Shown piece by piece: positions 35,435 to 46,109 of a stretch of 64,000 bases of DNA. The first letter of the stretch is position 1; the number at the start of each line of letters is the position of its first letter. This stretch comes from Rhodosorus marinus CCMP1338 (lineage: Eukaryota; Plantae; Rhodophyta), in contig JAMWBK010000005.1 in NCBI GenBank assembly GCA_029953675.1, positions 1,178,001 to 1,242,000 on the forward strand, read 5' to 3'. Both the position numbers and the translations under genes were made by a program. The notes beneath the pieces are model-generated. The model saw nothing but the letters and a program-made list of their open reading frames with translations, had not been told where the DNA came from and did no database searches.

Positions 35435-37097
35435 TGTGCACAAGCTGCTCACACGCAGACGGAGCATGTATGCCCAGTTGTACAGGTGCTAACAGGTCGG
35501 GCGCCGCGTCTCGGAGACGCCGCGCAAGGACGAGTGCCGTGAGCTTACGCAGTGTCTCCGAAATCGTGCTAGGTCGGGGGTTAGAGTTTCATGGAGTCAG
35601 GAGTGGAGCCTTCCTTCGGCAGAGGAATCACCCTGGGAATAGTGCGTGAAACTGCTCCGGGAAGTAAGTAACTGGGCCGCGTGGCGAGGCGGCGCAGCAG
35701 CTGCGCGAGCAACTTCGGAGTCGCGATCGGGAGAGCTTGCATGTGCTCGGCGTATAAACCGCTTGAGCCCGCGGCCTTTGCACACTTCAGGTCGTAGATT
35801 CCATAGCTCCTCCTCAAATACAGCAGCACGAAGAGGGTTGCGTGGGGCAGCCGCAGGTAGATGATGTAGCCGCGAGGTAGACATCAGGCGCTGATCGCTG
35901 GTTGATTCCGCGAACAGCGTATGTACTGCGTGCCAGGTGCTGTCAGTGCGGGGAGGTAGCGGGTTCGAGAGGAGAGCCCGAGCGGCGTCGGTGAGGGGAC
36001 CTTCCTTCACGTGCGCCAAGCAGGACCGAACGGAGTAGTTAAGGTGGGAGGCCGCGCAGGGGGTGGTTGGCGGTTGTATAACGCGTCGCGTGCCGCCTCG
36101 AAACTCCCCCCGAGCAACCACCGGATGTGTTCCGGAATCGAGGCTGGCGACCGACCAAAACCTAGGCTCGGCAGCACCTGCAGAAACACCCTGAGCTCCC
36201 AGGGGCGTTGTGTGTCTAGGGCGAGAAGGGTGGCGCCTTCGCAGAGTCTGCCCCAGTCCGTTTTTGCGGAAGCGGGAACTCGGCGCCGCGTGCCTCCTGG
36301 AGGAAATACAATCTGCCAGCAGCTGTCACCGACTGTGTTAGCGCGCAGGTACTGTAGGAGTTTCGCCAGCCAGGCAGTCCGATCGCGGTCGAAGAGGGAG
36401 CTACCTGCCGGATTCGGGGCTGGGGTGCTTAGTGGTGGGGGTCGAGCCACGTCGAGGTCCCTTGCGTAAGTAGTATGACGTACGGGGCATGCTAACAAAC
36501 TTCTCTTCAAGGGTCATAGGCACCGGGGAGAGCACAGAGTCGGTACGTTCGAGATCCGCAACGTCATGATCGTCAGCATCTTCAAGGTTCGCACCAAGAT
36601 CATCAGCATCATGCTCAGCGTGCTGCATCGCCATTGGGCCGGGGTCGAGGGCGGCGTTACACAGGGGCTGGTTTGAGGGGATTGGAGCACGGCCCGAGCA
36701 GTCGCTCGTGGCCGTGGCACTGGATTCAGTCTCACGAACAAGTTGCGGCAGCGATGTCAAACCCTACCTTTCGCGATTCGGCGGTGAGATACCGGTTCGT
36801 CCCCCTCATTATTGAGTGCTTTGGCTTGATAGATAGTGTAGGTTCTCGCTGGCTGCGAGCTCTGTTTCGCAACGACCCAGGGCGTTTAGATAGTCTGCTC
36901 ACGGAGCTTTCTTACACCCTGTGGCGCTCCAATTCTGCTTTGTTTGTGGACGCGCGTCATCAGCGTCTCGTCTCTCGCTTCTCAGGTTAGTTAGCCTCTG
37001 AATAAACGTATCAACAAGTTCACAAAACGCCGACAAATGCCGGAACAATGCTTATTTGTTAGCTGGGTTGGGCGCGATTGAGTTTGTTCGCGATCTT
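35435..37097 (-). mobile_element. 5' part of an older, third RLE/CRE family (C), interrupted by a family A fragment
   Basis: KAAGSSG, RVIPLPK..ETLRKL..APVQLG (RT N-terminus) and WLLGGSF..RALLSNP, homologous to the family A pre-RT region. Confidence 0.7.
36745..37012 (+). mobile_element. 268 bp family A 3' fragment flanked by an 8 bp target-site duplication AACAAGTT
   Basis: AACAAGTT at 36737-36744 and 37013-37020. The fragment ends gaataaacgtatc. Confidence 0.9.
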
Positions 37098-40000
37098 GAT
37101 GATCCGTTTATTCAGAGGCTAACTACCCTGAGAAGCGAGAGACAAGACGCTGATGACGCCCGTCCACAAACAAAGCAGAATTGGAGCGCCACAGGGTAAG
37201 AAAGCTCCGTGAGCAGATTATCTAAACGCCCTGGGTCATTGCGAAACAGAGCTCGCAGCCAGCGAGAACCTACACTATCTATCAAGCCAAAGCACTCAAT
37301 AATGAGGGGGACGAACCGGTATCTCACCGCCGAATCGCGAAAGGTAGGGTTTGATATCGCTGCCGCGTACTGCGAATCTTTCACTTGCCGCATGGACCGA
37401 GCTGCAGCTCCTCGACCCCGAGCCGACGCAGGCAGGTACCCGGTCGCCTGAGGACAAGGGATGGAGAGGTCAATGTACTCACTGCGACGCGCATTGAGGT
37501 CAGTCACAACGAGATCCGCCACCCGCTGCACCGCTGGGGCGTCACTCTCATCAGCAATTTCCGATGCCACCGCCAGAGGGACCTCATACTCCACTTCTCG
37601 GTCCGTGATCCGTTAGTGAGCCTGCGAGACAGAAAACGGCTCGCCAACTTGCGCAGGGTCTCGCACATCCCGATGGGGAGTAGGGATGGCGTCTGGCGCG
37701 AATGCCCAGGCTTAGGCAGTAGCACGACAGTAGGGCCCATGCATCGTCGCAGAAATCATCCTCATTTACAAGACCCTCCACCACTCGCGCAAGGGCGTCG
37801 AGGCCCTCCTCGCCCAACCAGTGCAAAAGCTCAACCCGGAGAGCTAAGGGACCCGGTGCACGACCCTTCGGGGCGGACCCAAGAAGAGCCAAAACCTCTT
37901 CAGGCCGAACCAGCAACCTGCCCATGTCAGTGGTGGAGGCGACATAAGGATCTAAGACACGCTGGAACGCAGGGTTCCAACTCGCGTCGTGCGCAGGAAA
38001 CGGATCATCATCATCAAACAACGGCTGTGGGATCCTACGCGGCGCTCCAGCCGGCGGCCGCGGTGAGTTCTTTTGCCAATGCGCTTATTACATGGTCTAC
38101 GGAGTGTGATCCATGTGAGTGGTTTGTTTAGTGGACTTCGGGTTGGGCGGCTGGACGGGACTCTCGCCCCACGGCTCGGGAGGGTTTTTGCGGAACTGGA
38201 GGCCGCTTTTCAACAATGTACCGCCCTGCCGGGTGGTACCCAGGCTCGTTGCGATTCCTGGGCGGCAGTTCTTGACTCCCTCGGTGGCCAGCGTTCGGGA
38301 GTCTGTGCTGCAGCACCGTGTGTTGGAAATGGTGTAGAAACTGCCGAGGATATTGACGCCGTGGCTGTGCCGTCGAGACAGTCAGAGGAGGGCGTTTCCC
38401 GGTCGGGTCCGGCCCCTTTGAGGACCGATGTATTCCAAAAAACCCTTTCGTGGGACATAGAGTTCGTTTGCCAATGCGCTTATTACATGGTCTACGGAGT
38501 GTGATCGGCATGTGAGTGGTTTGTTGAGTGGACTTCGGGTTGGGCGGCTGGACGGGACTCTCGCCCCACGGCTCGGGTTTTTTTTTGCGGAACTAGAGAC
38601 CGCTTTTCAACAATATACCGCCCTGCCGAGTGGTACCCAGGCTCGTTGCGATTCCTGGGCGGCAGTTCTTGACTTACTCGGTGGCCAGCGTTCGGGAGTC
38701 TGTGCTGCAGCACCGTGTGTTGGAATTCGTGTAGAAACTGCCGAGGATATTGACGCCGTGGCTGTGCCGTCGAGGCCGCCAGAGGAGGGCGTTTCCCGGT
38801 CGGGTCCAAAAAACCCTTTCGTGGGACATACATCGGGACTCGTATGCCACCCTTCTGAGTTTACTTTCGTGCTCGTCGTCGACTTTGGCTCGCCTGCGGG
38901 GTGGGGGGAGTCTCAGCTCCCGTTTCTTCACGGTCATACCTGTGTATCCGCGGTTGGCGCTTACTGATCTCGAACTTAGAAGAAGATGAAGATGAGCTGC
39001 GTTTATTCAGAGACTAAATACCCTGAGAAGCGAGAGACAAGACGCTGATGACGCGCGTCCACAAACAAAGCAGAATTGGAGCGCCACAGGATCAAAGAAA
39101 GCTCCGTGAGCAGACTATATAAACGCCCTGGGTCGTTGCGAAACAAAGCTCGCAGCCAGCGAGAACCTACACTATCTCTCAAGGCATGACCCTGTGGCGC
39201 TCCAATTCTGTTTTTTGTTTGTGGACGCGCGTCGTCAGCGTCTTGTCTCTCGCTTCTTAGGGTCCCGGCCGGGTCCGGCCCCTTCGAGGACCGATGTAAT
39301 GCAAAAAACCCTTTTGTGGGACATACATCGGGACTCGTATGCCACCCTTCTGAGTTTACCTTGATGTTTACCTTCGTGCTCGGGGTCGACTTTGGCTCGC
39401 CTGCGGGGTTTGGGGGGGAGTCTCAGCTCCAGTTTCTTCACGGTCATAACCTGCGTATCCGCGGTTGGCGCTTACCGATCTCGAACTTCGTGTAAGCTTA
39501 CGACTTTACCTCGGCTTGCCGCAACCCCCTTGGCCTGTTGAGCGGGATTCTAGATGCGCATTAACCCCAGACATACATGGGGACTCGTATGCCACCCTTC
39601 TGAGTTTACCTTGATGTTTACCTTCGTGCTCGGGGTCGACTTTGGCTCGCCTGCGCGGTTTGGGGGGGAGTCTCAGCTCCAGTTTCTTCACGGTCATACC
39701 TGCGTATCCGCGGTTGGCGCTTACCGATCTCGAACTTCGTGTAAGCTTACAGTCGTAAGCTTAAAGTCTTACCTGGGCTTGCCGCAACCCCCTTGGCCTG
39801 TTGAGCGGGATTCTAGATGCGCATTGTGCGGGGCCAATGTGCCGTGGGGTGATTATGGTGCGCATCTGTCGGAGGTTCAATTGGCCCGGACCAGACGCCA
39901 TACGCGGCTCAACCGCTTGCTGTTCCGCTACCTTCGTTCTCAATCGCTCGGTACGGACCGAGAAGTGGAGTATGAGGTCCCTCTGGCGGTGGCATCGGAA

Positions 40001-40474
40001 ATTGCTGATGAGTTTGACGCCCCAGCGGTACAGCGGGTGGCGGATCTCGTTGTGACTGACCTCAATGCGCGTCGCAGTGAGTACATTGACCTCTCCATCC
40101 CTTGTCCTCAGGCGACCGGGTACCTGCCTGCGTCGGCTCGGGGTCGAGGAGCTGCAGCTCGGTCCTGCAGCTCATGCGGCAAGTGAAAGATTCGCAGTAC
40201 GCGGCAGCGATGTCAAACCCTACCTTTCGCGATTCGGCGGTGAGATACCGGTTCGTCCCCCTCATTATCGAGTGGTTTGGCTTGATAGATAGTGTAGGTT
40301 CTCGCTGGCTGCGAGCTCTGTTTCGCAACGACCCAGGGCGTTTAGATAGTCTGCTCACGGAGCTTTCTTTGACCCTATGGCGCTCCAATTCTGCTTTGTT
40401 TGTGGACGTGCGTCATCAGCGTCTTGTCTCTTGCTTCTCAGGTTAGTTAGCCTCTGAATAAACGGATCATCATC
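37098..40474. mobile_element. Patchwork of family A/B fragments in both orientations with internal restarts
   Basis: Minus tails at about 37098 and 39000, plus tail at 40457-40474, tail-only remnants at 37606-37614 and 37998-38015, and repeated restarts at about 38020, 38461, 39187, 39262 and 39575. Confidence 0.9.
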
Positions 40475-40479
40475 AAGGT

Positions 40480-41343
40480 AGGCGCAGAAAATAGTTCAGG
40501 CGCCTTCCCCGGGGGTACCACTTGGGGAGGCGGCACAGCTCAGCCAGGAGCTCACAATGTCTACTCAGGAGCGCGCGAAGGGTGCGCTCCACAAAACTCG
40601 CAGTGCCCACAGGTACACCGAATAGAATGAACCTTTTATCGGCGTGGTGGCTTCTTCTCTCGGCTTACGCATAAACCACGCCAAGTGCGACTTTTGGGGA
40701 GGACCGCTTTGGTGCGGCCTAGGTCCCTTTCGGTTTCGGGACATTTGGCGATGGCTTCATTCTCTTTGGTGTCCCTGTGGGCACCGCGAGTTTTGTGGAA
40801 CGCATCCTTCGCGCGCTCCTGCTCGACATGATAAGTTGCTGACTGCGGTGTGCCGCCTCCGCGAGAAGTACCTCCAGACAGGGTTGCTCATTTTCCGGTT
40901 CAGGGCGTGCCCGCACCTCAACTACTTCCTGCGGCAGCTCCCTTCATCCGTTTATTCAGAGCCTAACCGCCATGAGAAAGGACAAACAAGACGTTGATCA
41001 CGCGCGTCCAACAATAAAGCAGCGTTGGAACACCAGGGGGGTCAAGCTCCGTGAGCGGGCTATCATGACGTCCTGGGTTGTTCCGAAAGAGCCCACGAAG
41101 CCTACTCTCGTAGGTTTCGTGGGCTTTAGGTTCTCACCTAGGTTATCAACTAAACCAAAGCAATCGATGATGATGATCCGTTTATTCAGAGCCTAACTAC
41201 CCTGAGAAGCGAGAAACAAGACGCTGATCACTCGCGTCCAACAATAAAACAGCGTTGGAACGCCACAAGGTCAAGGACAGTTCCGTGAGGAGGGCATCAA
41301 GACAGCCTGGGTTGGTCCGAAAGAGCCCACGAAACCAACGAGA
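40480..41343. mobile_element. Family B fragments: inverted RT pieces plus two minus-strand 3' ends (about 40945 and 41166)
   Basis: GLRINHAKCDFWGG on the plus strand, an inverted counterpart at about 40500-40635, and tails atccgtttattcagagcc and gatgatgatgatccgtttattc. Confidence 0.85.
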
Positions 41344-42520
41344 ACAATGAAGGAAGCACTTGATGGTCCGTATTCGGAAGAGTGGAGAGCGACGATCGCT
41401 GAAGAGCTAGGGTCGTTTAAAAGAGAGGGGAACATGGAGAGTCGTGCAGAGAAAGCCGGAGATGAAGATATTGAGGAACAGGTTTATCTTCAAGGCGAAG
41501 AAGGGCTAGGATGGTCTAGTCCAGAGGTTTACGGCCAGACTGGTAGCAAAAGGGTTTGCCCAGACCAAGGGTATGGATTTCGAGGAGACCTTCTCACCGA
41601 CGCTCGACATCGACAGTTTGAAGGTGTTACTTGCCGTGTGCGGGAGAAGCGCAGTGGCAGAGCACATAGACATCAGACCTGCATACCTGAATGGAGAACC
41701 CTGCCATACTGGGGCGAGAGTCCGAAATTTGCAAACTGGAGATGTGACCGTACGCACTCAAGCAAGGGGGAGAACGAGGTATAAAACGTTGAGGAAGGGC
41801 CTCGAGGTCATGGGATATGAAGCGATCCGTACAGACGATTGGATCTTCACTAGGGACAAGGTAATTCTCGGGGTTTATACTCCAAGTCTTCCTTTGCTAT
41901 CACGTAAGAACACCTTCACAATGTCGATGTCGAGCGTTGGTGAGCAAGTCTCCTCGAAATCCGTACCCCTTGGTCTGGGCAAACCCCTTTGCCACCAGTC
42001 TGGCCTTAAACCTCTGCACTAGACCAGCCTGGCTGTTGTTCGGCACGACTGAGAGGTTGCATCCACTCACGCCGAAGTTCATTAACACCTCGTCAACATA
42101 TCTCGTCTTGTGCAGAGTAGTACCTTTTAGAGTTCTATCCCTTGTGATCCTCATTCCCAGAAAATCCTTTCAGGACCCAAGTCCGATACCTCATATTTCC
42201 CCTCGATGTCTGCTTTCACTCTTATTACCTCCTCTCTGGGGCCAGCAACTATCATGTCATCGACAGAAACCCCGAGAATTACCTTGTCCCTGGTGAAGAT
42301 GCAATTCTCTGTACGGATCGCTTCATATCGCATGACCTCGAGGTCCTTCCTCGACGTTTTATCCCAGGTTCTCCCTGCTTGCTTGAGTCCGTACAGTCTC
42401 TTCTCCAGTTTGCAAACTTCCATAGAGTTGGATAGGTTGGGAGTAAAAAAAGGCTTAACTCTGCCCGGACAGGAGATCCACTTGTTGGCAATGATGACCC
42501 TTTTCGGTAGGATCACAAAG
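41130..42520. mobile_element. Ty1/Copia RT relic present as overlapping plus and minus fragments
   Basis: MKEAL..W..I.EEL, ARLVAKGFAQ..DFEETFSP, HIDIRPAYLNG, KLEKRLYGLKQAGR, ILGVSVDD and DLG. Confidence 0.9.
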
Positions 42521-42558
42521 GTGGGTTTTGCTTGCTTAACCCAACTAGGTTAAGTTAC

Positions 42559-42589
42559 ACAGGCTGTCATACATTCTATGACAGCCTGT
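42559..42589. other. Perfect 13 bp stem-loop
   Basis: ACAGGCTGTCATA-CATTC-TATGACAGCCTGT. Confidence 0.9.
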
Positions 42590-42940
42590 CGAGTTCACCC
42601 CGATTCACTGCATGATAATATGCCTATTAACTGCCGCTTGTCAATCCGAGAAGTAACCATAATTCATGATATGCGATGAGAACTTGCCACACCAAGAAGT
42701 AACGTGATTCAATGCCTGGGCCGGAGATGATTGAATATTGGACTAACGTTGATTGAATATTGCGCGTCGACGATTTATCGGACCCATTTATCGGATTTGC
42801 AATCGGACCTGTTCTCGAAGACTTTCAGCGGACACTCAGTATGTTTGTACTGTTTCGCATAGTCTATCCACTTCGAAAATTTATCGGGCGGCCCATGACA
42901 ACACTATGGAAACCGATCTGAGTGCCCGTCGTAGTGAGAC

Positions 42941-43073
42941 TAGGGTTGTGCCAAGCAGGTCGGGGTTTTCGCTGTTTTCGGCCCAAAAGTGGTTAAACCC
43001 GCGAAAGCAGGGGGGTTTCAGGGGGTGGGTGGGTCGTAAACAGCGAAAAACCTGACCCACTTGGCACAACCCG
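42941..43073. mobile_element. 133 bp MITE, probably hAT-type, with ~40 bp imperfect TIRs and an 8 bp TSD, inserted in a family B RLE fragment (about 42915-43200)
   Basis: TIRs GGGTTGTGCCAAG..TTTTCGCTGTTT. AGTGAGAC at 42933-42940 and 43074-43081. The flanks rejoin to the family B sequence cgtcggagtgagtacgttgaccttt. Confidence 0.85.
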
Positions 43074-43229
43074 AGTGAGACCATCGACCTTTCTGTCCTT
43101 GTCCGATCAGATACCTGCCTGCGTCTGCTCGACGCCGAGGCGAGTTGCAGCTCGGTCAATGCGGCAACTGAAGGAATCCCAGTACACGGCGGTCTCCGAT
43201 CCCTCAACAGGGCATCTGGAACCCAGTTC

Positions 43230-43700
43230 TTCCCCTATCCCACGAGCAATGACGGCCCTAAACAGCTGAGCCAGCCAAGGTCTGCCATCGTCCGAATTGC
43301 AAGTCGTCCGTAAGCTTCGAAGGCCATCGGGACTAAGTCCTCTGTGTCTGCCAAGGTGGCGCCGTATTTGTTGATTTTGCGCTGAGCGGCAGGGCTGGCA
43401 GCATTACCAGTACGGGTATCCCTACGTCGGTAGTAGTTTGTCAGGAATGGGCTCGTGACTATGACATCGAAGAATGTGTCCCCCAATCGTGGGGAAATTG
43501 GCGGGATCGGCGTCGATTGGCTTGGGTGCTCCTTGAAGAGCTCTCAGGCTGGCTCATTCGGTATAGGGGTTTCGTCCCGGCAATCGGAACGCGGATCGAC
43601 TTCCGGTAAGTTACGCCTTACCAACTTTGCTTTCTACCCTACAGGTGGGACCGTCTGTCGACCCGAACGTTGCCATGATGTACGAGCTTCGCACGTAGGT
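43230..43700 (-). mobile_element. RLE-domain relic of another non-LTR family
   Basis: TFFDVIVTSP..AAQRKINKYG..LVPMAFEAYGR. Confidence 0.8.
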
Positions 43701-44133
43701 CCTCCCCTAAGTCGCAACGTCGGTCTCTGCGTGATTGCTACGTGCGGGAGTCCGCGGGAGTCCATCACTCGCTAAGAAGGCAGTTTGGACACCTGCAAAT
43801 GCTCACATCGAAAATCAAGTTTCTGATGATCCCAGGTCAGCTGCCAAGAAACTGCTCAAGTAGACTCAAGCAGAGTTTTTACGTGGTTGGAAACTAGACC
43901 GCAAGCCGTAAGATAATCATGGACACATACGTTGAAAGCTTCTCCCTATTTGTTTGAACGCAAACACGGAGAATGTTTTTCCCCCTGCACTAATACCAAG
44001 CAGCACTAGGGAGGCAATCACTCGGATATGATCAGCTCGGAGAAAAAACGAGCAGACTCAAACTCAAACATCCATCCAAATCTTTTCACCCAAAACTTGG
44101 AAATACTCTGTACAAAGGAGAGTTTAAAAGGCT

Positions 44134-46109
44134 TCAATTATCCAAGACCAATTTTTTCTCGTGCCAAGAGTTGCTAAGCACGCCCCTAAGATTCCAGATC
44201 TTATCACAATTTTCTGGCTGAAGGTTGTATTGAGAGTCGACAGCCCGGCTCCTTACAACCAAGCAACCATCTTCCACCGTCTTCCCGCACTCCGGCAATT
44301 TAAGGGTGGCCGACCATAGCGTCCATCCATAAACACGATTTCTCTTCTGGTTTGGATCTGCGGGCGATAGCTCAGCTACTTCCCATGAATTTCCGTTATC
44401 CGCGGTCACGTCCACGCGAATGATTCCGCGTCCTCCACCACTGTATGCATATCTGTACGCAAAATTAGAAACGGGAAATAAGCAAACTGGGGACGCATTG
44501 CGTATAATGTGACCTGCCTTTTCTTACCCTTGGGCAACTACCTCGTCACCCTCAATCCGCGCAGAACATATAGCGCTGATCACCGGGAGCTCTTGGATCG
44601 CCGGAGCCGCGGAGAAATCTACGTTGTGCCAATCAATACTTGAATTGAAACCCTTGTAATCGTTCTGCTGCCAATGACTGTCGGACTCTTTATCCGAGGC
44701 TACAATCTTCCCAACCCACCTATGCTGGTCACATACGTAAAGTATCGTTAGCATAGCTGCTGTAGCGCATATGCGAATCGTGCGTCCTGGAGGAAGCTGA
44801 CGTACTTTACGTTCCTTGCACCCACAACACCCGGTACAACGGCACGGATTGGGTAGCCATGGTCAGCGGGGATCGGCTCGTCGTTCATCTTATAAGCGAG
44901 CAAGACCTCGCACTTTTTGTCCATAGCGATGTCCGCAGGTATGGACGCACCATAGATTGTCTGGGTAGTTGAATCCTTGTCTAGCCCTGAATAAAAAAGG
45001 GTGGTCATACTAACGGACTCAGAAGACAGGTGGGACGGATTGGATTATCTGGATTGGGAATTCTTGTGTACCTTCGAACTGAATGTGCTCCACTCCTTCT
45101 TCAGTGATACCCAGCTCCTCAAGCACGTCGGAGAGAAGAGCTCCCGTCCACCGAGCGGTGCTTATGGCCCCAGCGTCCCAGTAGCCACCCTTAACTTTCT
45201 TTATCGAGTCCATTTCGTTTCTGCGGTTTCCCGCGCACATGATCGTGGCAGTGACGTCGTGCGGTTTGAACTTGTTCTCAAGATCAGCCAGGGTAAGCTC
45301 TGACGTTCTACCGTCCCTGTGTACTATTTCAAGCTTGTAGTCCTTCCCTTCAATTTTGGGAACTGGCAGGTGATTTCTCACGTAGAACAAGTCATTTGGC
45401 GTGATCTCTGAGTCCAGTAGTTCCAGCGGAGGTTCCGCATTGAACGGCTTGTGACCTCTGACAGTTAACAGCGGACTCCGGGCTGGATCATTCGCGTATG
45501 GGTCCGACTCGTTCTTTTGTGCTAGGGTTTCTGCGCGGCCCAGGAAACGATATGGTTCTTTCAGTTGATACGCTTTCTGCACGAGAAAAAGGGTGGCGAG
45601 ATTTTCGCACCTTTGTCGGAAGCCTTGAGGTTGCCGATTCGCAGTTCTTCCAGAATGGAGTACACGAATTCCTCTTGATGCTGTGCATAGAGTGACCAGA
45701 AGGGTTCAAGAGGACCGCCAGCGGCGAGCAATATTTTCGCCTGACCACCCGGATGGTTTTCAATGAACTCGGTGATGTCATATACACCGCCCTTGTAAGT
45801 CACCCAGATCCCTCCGTCGGCTTTTGATTTGTGCTTTTGAACTTCCTCGAGGGAAATCTCCTTGAGGCCTTCAACAAACTCCCCAGGGCTTATGGAGGCT
45901 TCGCATGCGGCTGGGTAGGTAGTCCTGTGCATGGAGACGTACCAAGCAGCTGCAGCTGCCCCAGAAGTAATCGCAAAAGCTTTCAATAAATGCGAAGAGC
46001 CGATGACCCAGTTGCCAGTTCGCGAAGAATTGCCGCTCGTTGACAACCCCCTGGTGAATCCTTGCATCAATCGGAGATGCCGGAACATAGCTCGGTTTGT
46101 GGACCACAT
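44134..46109 (-). CDS. SUOX: Sulfite oxidase with cytochrome b5 heme domain, Moco domain and dimerisation domain; multi-exon; probable mitochondrial presequence
   Basis: GIWVTY..VYDITEF..HPGG (b5), [55 protein letters not shown], and [12 protein letters not shown]. Confidence 0.95.

Noticed and set aside
27777-40474. CRISPR-like or satellite interpretation of the recurring 3'-end sequence
   Set aside because: The repeats are variable-length coding fragments in both orientations, not regularly spaced direct repeats.
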